Origin: Priapulus caudatus | Lineage: Eukaryota | Direction: 5' to 3' | Length of the DNA: 42,752 nt | Assembly (NCBI RefSeq): GCF_000485595.1 | Contig: NW_014577089.1 | Span: 629,707-672,458, forward strand | Shown here: piece after piece, positions 37,101-42,752 of the stretch | Layout of the letters: every line of letters starts with the position of its first letter | Position numbering within the stretch: position 1 is the stretch's first letter | The notes under the pieces: generated by a model | Databases searched by the model: none | Seen by the model: only the letters and a program-made list of their open reading frames with translations | Told to the model about the DNA's origin: nothing | Position numbers and translations under genes: made by a program

Positions 37101-40100
37101 CATAAATAAAACATGATTTAGCTGAGGGTAACATTGAAGCTACATACATTGGTGTTCTTCTTGAATTACCTGATATCCAACTGAGAAGATGGTTGCAAGG
37201 TGACAAATGCCCGGGTTGTAGTGAAAAACACAGCCTGTTTGTGAACAGACCCTGCACCCAGGATTCGCTCCCCCAGTGAGCTAAACTCTGTCTTCTCTAT
37301 TTCGTAACCATGGATGGTTGCTACGAAAACGGATCCGGTAATTAATGAAATTTTACTATCGTGATTTCAAATCCTCTATTGACTGATTGATTCCTGGGAG
37401 GAATAACAAATAAGGAAACAGGCATTTGGAGTTTGAACCTATTCAGTTACATTGTTACTATATTTGCGTCATGAAACAAAACAGAATTGTCAAATAAAAG
37501 ATAAATTTTGAAAACCTAAACATCAATTATATTGAGGCAATGCTAACATCTACCAGTATCAAGACAGTTTCACAGTATATATTACCTGAAGTACACAGCA
37601 CCGTATTTGGAGTATAAATAAAAGCAGAACTTGAAAAGGGGTCAGATAGCAGAAACCTGTGGCTGTGGATCTCATCCTCTCTTCCAGGCTTCAATGTAAA
37701 TAAGACAGGCGTGGCTTAATATTTTGTGCACAAAGATGCACAACGAACATTAATTAATAGATATATACTTGCTGCAGTGTGTTCTATTATTGCCAACTAT
37801 CCTTACCTGGTACAAAGTGTTGTGTTTTGTAACTGTAAACATTGAAAAGTCAACAGGAACACCCCGATTGGTAGCCACTGAACCTGTAATAATAATATAC
37901 CGTTTTTATTTAGATTTCAGTCGTGACACTGACATCTCATGATAAGCAGTTGAAATAGCAAATATCGATAAACATATTTTGATAGAAAAGCAGTCATGTA
38001 GCAATACTTACAGAAAGCATAGTGAACTTTGCAAACAGCTTGGTAGTTGTTGCAACCAGCAGCAAGAATTGTCACACCATCTCTACAAATAAAAAAAGGA
38101 AATTCCAAAATTCCAACTTTTCCTATATCACATCCTCTCTTTACTACTAACAAATGTGAACTCAAACATAAAGAAAAGCATATTATGATTTTTGAATAAT
38201 ATATATCCATTTTAAGAAACTGATATTTATATATATTGATATGATTTATATTATATATGATATTATATTACATTATATATTTAGATTAATGACGTAATTT
38301 ATATATGATAATGACTAACATGAGATTAATCTCTGAATGCACAAGTACACACACTATCCTCATCAGCTATCAGCCCATCAGTCATAACACACAGAACTCT
38401 TACCTATTCACTTGCATATCCAACAACCAGGTTTTTAACTCTGTAGCATCACATTCATCATCCTAGAGCCAAGCAAATCATTGCCACTATTATTATAACT
38501 TCACATAACTCCACCCCATACAAAAAGATAACTGCTGTTTTCTTCTAGTGATACCACAGATATTTATTCCACATACGTTCAACGTATTATTACAAAGTGA
38601 CACCTACACCTAACACAATATGCTAAGATGAGAACCAAAGAATACACATTTTCAGTGACACATACAGAAGTTGTACTTTAGACCTTTAAAAATATTATAT
38701 CTATACTTACATAAACTACCTGACACAGGCAGTGAGCCAGAGCTGTTTCCACATCAAATTCCAGCAGAAGCTAAAGCAAATTGTTTACTTGTGAGTAACG
38801 ATGGCACAGGTAAAATATATAACAATTAACTTACAGTGCATCTTTTATAAGAATAACTAATATAAAAATTATAGGATTATTGTGAATTTAAGTTCCTGCT
38901 CCTCCCGTCTCGTACCTTCTCGCCATCGTCCCAAAGCTCCCATTTCTGCAGCTTCCCTCCAGTTAGAATATGTAGAAACTTTCCATCCATATCCTCCCCA
39001 TCCGACACCAACACTGACTGAACTTTCTATGGTAGAACAAAAACATGAAGATATCAGTGCAAATGCAGTCAAACTGTACAAAATAACAGACACAGTCGCA
39101 AAGGTAGCGATGATTTAATTTTGTTTCTTCCAGACATGATTTATGGTTATTTCAGTTAGAACACCATGTACATGCATTCAAGCGAAAAAAAACATAATTC
39201 CAAATTGTTGTATCGTTAAATAACTACACATTTGTTATATTGTGCGCCTTCTAAATGCTCACTAGTAAATAATCCTGGGGCAGTGATAACAAACCAAAAT
39301 TCTGGAATCATAAAGCTGTGTTAAAGATAAGAATATCAGATTCACACTAATTAACTGATGTTGGCGATTCTACTGCAAAATGAAATTGTCTTTCCAGAAC
39401 AAGATTCTTCAGCAGCAACTCACCACACCCTCCGCTTGTGATCCTGTGCCGCCAAATATTAATGAGGACATACGACGCCCGAATCCTGCTAGCATGCCTC
39501 GAGGTCTTCCAACGGCCCGGCACTGCACCGTCATCTAAGCAAAATTCATGGAAATTAACCATGTCACGCTATCTTCCATTTCACTGAGCAAATCTGGAAA
39601 CGGTGACACACACCGCATAGACATAAACCTTTGAATTAATTACTTAAATTTGGTAGTCGATATTTTAACAGATGGTATCTCTTATTCCTACATTTTTTTA
39701 TTCCCTTGGCTCAAATCATAGAGCATAGGCTCTTGGCAACTGTGCTGCTTTGCTTTCTGTAACAAGTTTCTCCAGCAAAGCTACTTGCCGTAATGCGGCC
39801 GATGTTGTAAGGATTATGCCACGGCTTTAAAACACACTCCAGTTCAACACCAGGTGTCAGATGAACCAAAGCGGAATTAGCAAATCATCCCATCCCACAT
39901 AAAACGGTTCGTTTCCTCACCTGTCTTCCTGCATCAATGGGTGTAAGAAGGAGTAAATCACCAGTGGTAGTGGCGAGGAGGCAGCCTAATGGCAGTGCTC
40001 CACTAAGCAACTGACCCTCCTGACCCTAAACAAAAGCACACATCATGTGGACACTGCATCTCTTAAAAGGCAGGTACAAATATATGCCTGCTACTTTATT

Positions 40101-41068
40101 AGGAATCATCTGCTACGTCTGTCAGGTCTATCCTAGGTGTAGGCATGAATAAGAAACATGCATGCTGTTTTTACTAAAAACAATTAACTACATCAGCTGG
40201 GGAGGAACATGAGTGAAACTTGAAAAGTTTCGATAGACAATCACTCCATCTATGCTTAGGCAAAGGGATCTATCATACCTGAAGGTCGGCATTGACGTCA
40301 ACATATCGGTCTTCTCTGGACACGTTTTCCCAGTAGCGTATGATGCCCTCAGGCGACACAGCCATTACACTCATAGAGACGGTGTCATTGGGGTTTGGGA
40401 AGACACAGGCCAGCCTGGCATGATGATTGAGATCACTCGCAGGTAGTGTCAGCTCGCTGCACTGCAACTGCACACGAAACGAATAATGTCCAAAACCCAT
40501 TGTCAAGAATGCAATTCTTTATTATGCACACAGAATGATGCACGTGTACAAAGTAATATTTATGCACAGTTGCACTCTCACAAGTCGTGGCACACTATGT
40601 GCTAGAATACCTCTACTAATGTCTACCACTAAACATGGGCATGCTAAGATTTTAACTACTGCACCGGTATCCAATCATTGTTCCTCAACAACTTTACCTT
40701 AGCCACTTCCTCACCACTGTGTTTCCACACAAACAATTTTCGCCTTACAACAAGCCATGCCCAATCCTCGTGGTCAAAGCAAGCACTAACAGGTGTGTCC
40801 TCTGCAAATAAAGTGTTATTTTAATACACTACCGGTCATCTTCACATGATGATCACCACAGCACAAAACATGAGATCACTACATATCTCAATCACAAAGA
40901 AGTAAAACTTCATGTTTAATAGAAACAATTTTAAAAAGAGGTAGCAAAGTTATGACTAGACTAGATAATAGTAAATGGTAGGCATAAATGCACATTTACA
41001 CACCATCCAGCATTGTAAGTGCTTCCGCCACCAATACATGTACGTGTAATCCCGATCCATATTTTGAT
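28110..41068 (-). CDS. NUP133: Nuclear pore complex protein Nup133 (29 coding exons traced; 5'-most exon(s) not found)
   Basis: Minus-strand GT-AG exons with consistent phases: 41004-41068, 40698-40801, 40279-40467, 39921-40025, 39424-39534, 38916-39026, 38711-38770, 38404-38462, 38012-38082, 37807-37883, 37586-37688, 37170-37320, 36797-36845, 36429-36539, 35438-35591, 35105-35214, 34671-34777, 34383-34485, 33790-33912, 33422-33562, 32648-32858, 32261-32394, 31535-31693, 30784-30919, 30307-30425, 30102-30194, 29854-29915, 29312-29397, 28110-28261 (TGA). Diagnostic motifs: EGIIRYW, GMLAGFGRRMSSLIFG, DDFPALDPRWAESIP, SLILMHQLEDKQKAH, LTPQDLFYREVS, LGEKYADFRVL, KKKTLLSLSKLAALASD, ANEFDFKKALDLL. 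Confidence 0.97.
28438..28965. mobile_element. Kolobok-like MITE with ~130-bp TIRs and TTAA TSD (last Nup133 intron)
   Basis: TTAA at 28434-28437 and 28966-28969. aggcataataagcccattgcttatgcaatg...cactgctggttac is inverted at 28838-28965. AG.. termini favour Kolobok over piggyBac. Confidence 0.85.
30620..30790. repeat. 30-bp intronic minisatellite, about 5 copies
   Basis: Unit cactgtacacctac(c/t)atccaccactaccac. Confidence 0.9.
31255..31388. mobile_element. Small TIR element; related fragments at ~28720-28775 and ~29208-29300
   Basis: ctggaataaatgaataaaacacggac is inverted to gtccgtgttttattcgttgattctag. The ccacggact/ggaccaaacagg motifs are shared with the other two sites. Confidence 0.6.
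33096..33400. repeat. 56-bp intronic minisatellite, about 5.5 copies
   Basis: Unit caatacatcatacctgcctggtcaatactatgtggaagcaacattacctacttaat. Confidence 0.92.
35653..36326 (+). mobile_element. Helentron-associated (HINE/DINE-1-like) non-autonomous element
   Basis: 5' aaccaaga...aagctatt, two ~200-bp core repeats (about 35750-35944 and 36044-36243), a (GACG)n microsatellite, subterminal aatagct, a 3' hairpin cttgac..gtcaag and an A-run end. Confidence 0.75.
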
Positions 41069-41948
41069 CTGCAAACAAAGATAACAAACACATTTATGAA
41101 TCTGAATTTATGCTTAACGAACTGATTAATGCTCAGTCCGTGTCTTGAGCTACATATTGTAAGGGTCAGCAGAAGTTGTTAGCTAGTTTGCAAGGATGCC
41201 TTATGGCTTACGCCACACCCAGATTCTTTTAAAGCCTTGAATCGACTAAAGTGTGGTGACATGAACAGGGCAACAATTCCAGTCTCACGGAGTGTGGAAA
41301 GTTCCAAATAAAATTTGTCTACTTCTTATAACTTAATTAGCCCTATGTTACTAGAGCTTATATGACATACAAGTACAAGCTCTTGCATGCAGAGTTAAAT
41401 ATTTTGGCGCCTACGTAAAACCAGCAGACATCACCCGATCCTTAGTTATCACTTCTGTACATAGCAGTGTATGTCCATTACCAGACTTACTTACGTGACC
41501 AAAAAATATAGTTTTTACTGAAGGACCAACATTAATCGCTGTATCGTTTAAATATTTCGAGGCGGTACTACTATACTGGCATGGTAACCTATATTCTAAT
41601 ATAGCTCTACTTAGAGAGCCGAGGTGCCGAGGTAGTGAAATTTCGCAAGGAGTAAAATCTAGCTCTAAACGCAGGAGGCTGCAAATTCCTAATGACATAG
41701 ATGATCATGTAAAATATCTGGCCCGTCTCGGGTTAATCGGAACATAAAACAACATGGGATGCACACATGGTGGTAATTCGATGGTCATAGCCTCATACGA
41801 TGTATCATTTGCATGATTGTATGCCATTGCTATCACAGGCACTTGGAGCGTTTCAATAAAATATAATGCTAAATAAATACGAAATCTATTTAAGTACTAC
41901 CAAAGTCTTAATGTTTTTCTACTCTCTTTCACCTATTACTGCTGACAA

Positions 41949-42752
41949 TTTCCTGTAAATGCCGTCCAAATGCTCATCTGCAACACACGCTGGCTACCGC
42001 ACGCTAGCTGCTGCACACTGACACATCAATATATAGCAGGTAGGAAAGCGTGCTGCCAAAATTCGCTCGACGCTCACTTGATTTCACACGAATACAACAC
42101 AAATATTCAACCATTCTACTCCATCTTTGTTTCTATTTGAAGGACAGTGTTCACTTGTTATAAAAACTTACTGTCTGTATTCGTAACCGAGCTGTGTCAC
42201 GCGAAATCACACAAAGCCTGACGAAATTCTCGCGTTCGCTCCCGTTGCGCAGTTTATGTAAATGACTGCAAGTACAGGGCTATAGGCGGCGCACTGCATT
42301 TTGGGAAACTACCACGCTGCTTTCCGACTCCCGTACGAGCCTCGTCAAAGCCGCCAGTGGAGCGTTGCAATAATGCGGTGTAAAAATGAGGTCACGAAGA
42401 GCGCCGGTGGGTGTTTCCTGATTCCGGCAGCCATTTACATAAACTGCGCAACGGGAGCGAACGCAAGAATTTCGTCAGGCTTTGTGTGATTTCGCATGAC
42501 ACAGCTTGGTTACGAACACAGACAGTATGTTTTTATAACAAGTGAACACTATCATTCGAATAGAAACAAAGATGGAGTATAATGATTGAATATTTGTGTT
42601 GTATTCGTGTGAAATCAAGCGAGCGTCGAGCGAATTTTGGCAGCACGCTTTCCTACCTGCTATATATTTATGTGTCAGTGTGCAGCAGCTAGCGTGCGGC
42701 AGCCAGCGTGTGTTGCAGATGAGCATTTACAGGACGGCATTTACAGGAAATA
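41949..42752. mobile_element. Long foldback element / MITE: ~320-bp inverted arms around a ~160-bp spacer
   Basis: 41949-42269 is a close reverse complement of 42427-42750. The right arm reaches the window edge, so termini and TSD cannot be read. Confidence 0.9.

Overview
Eukaryotic (animal, probably invertebrate) genomic DNA; most ORFs in the supplied track are exon fragments or noise. There are three zones. (1) 1-7.2 kb: a possible last exon of an upstream gene, then many non-autonomous DNA transposons, including a nested stack with readable target-site duplications (TSDs). (2) About 7.2-26 kb: an inverted and tandem array of a spliced, highly diverged glycogenin-like (GT8) gene, with three near-complete copies plus fragments, interleaved with a ~1-kb repeat and a 21-bp satellite. 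The glycogenin exons, intron phases and scaffold motifs are recognisable. The catalytic residues are replaced (DxD to APD/APA, metal-binding His to Trp, self-glucosylated Tyr to Phe). The domain is fused behind an N-terminal region with a copy-number-variable 12-aa 'AQTEVTTV' repeat and a basic NLS-like exon. This candidate pseudoenzyme family is the most interesting object here. Both clean copies carry small lesions, and parts of the array look like uncorrected long-read sequence. (3) 28.1-41.1 kb: nucleoporin Nup133 on the minus strand, 29 traced coding exons with the start exon not found, plus intronic MITEs and minisatellites. The window ends in a long foldback element. All homology calls come from manual translation and recalled protein sequences, not from database searches.
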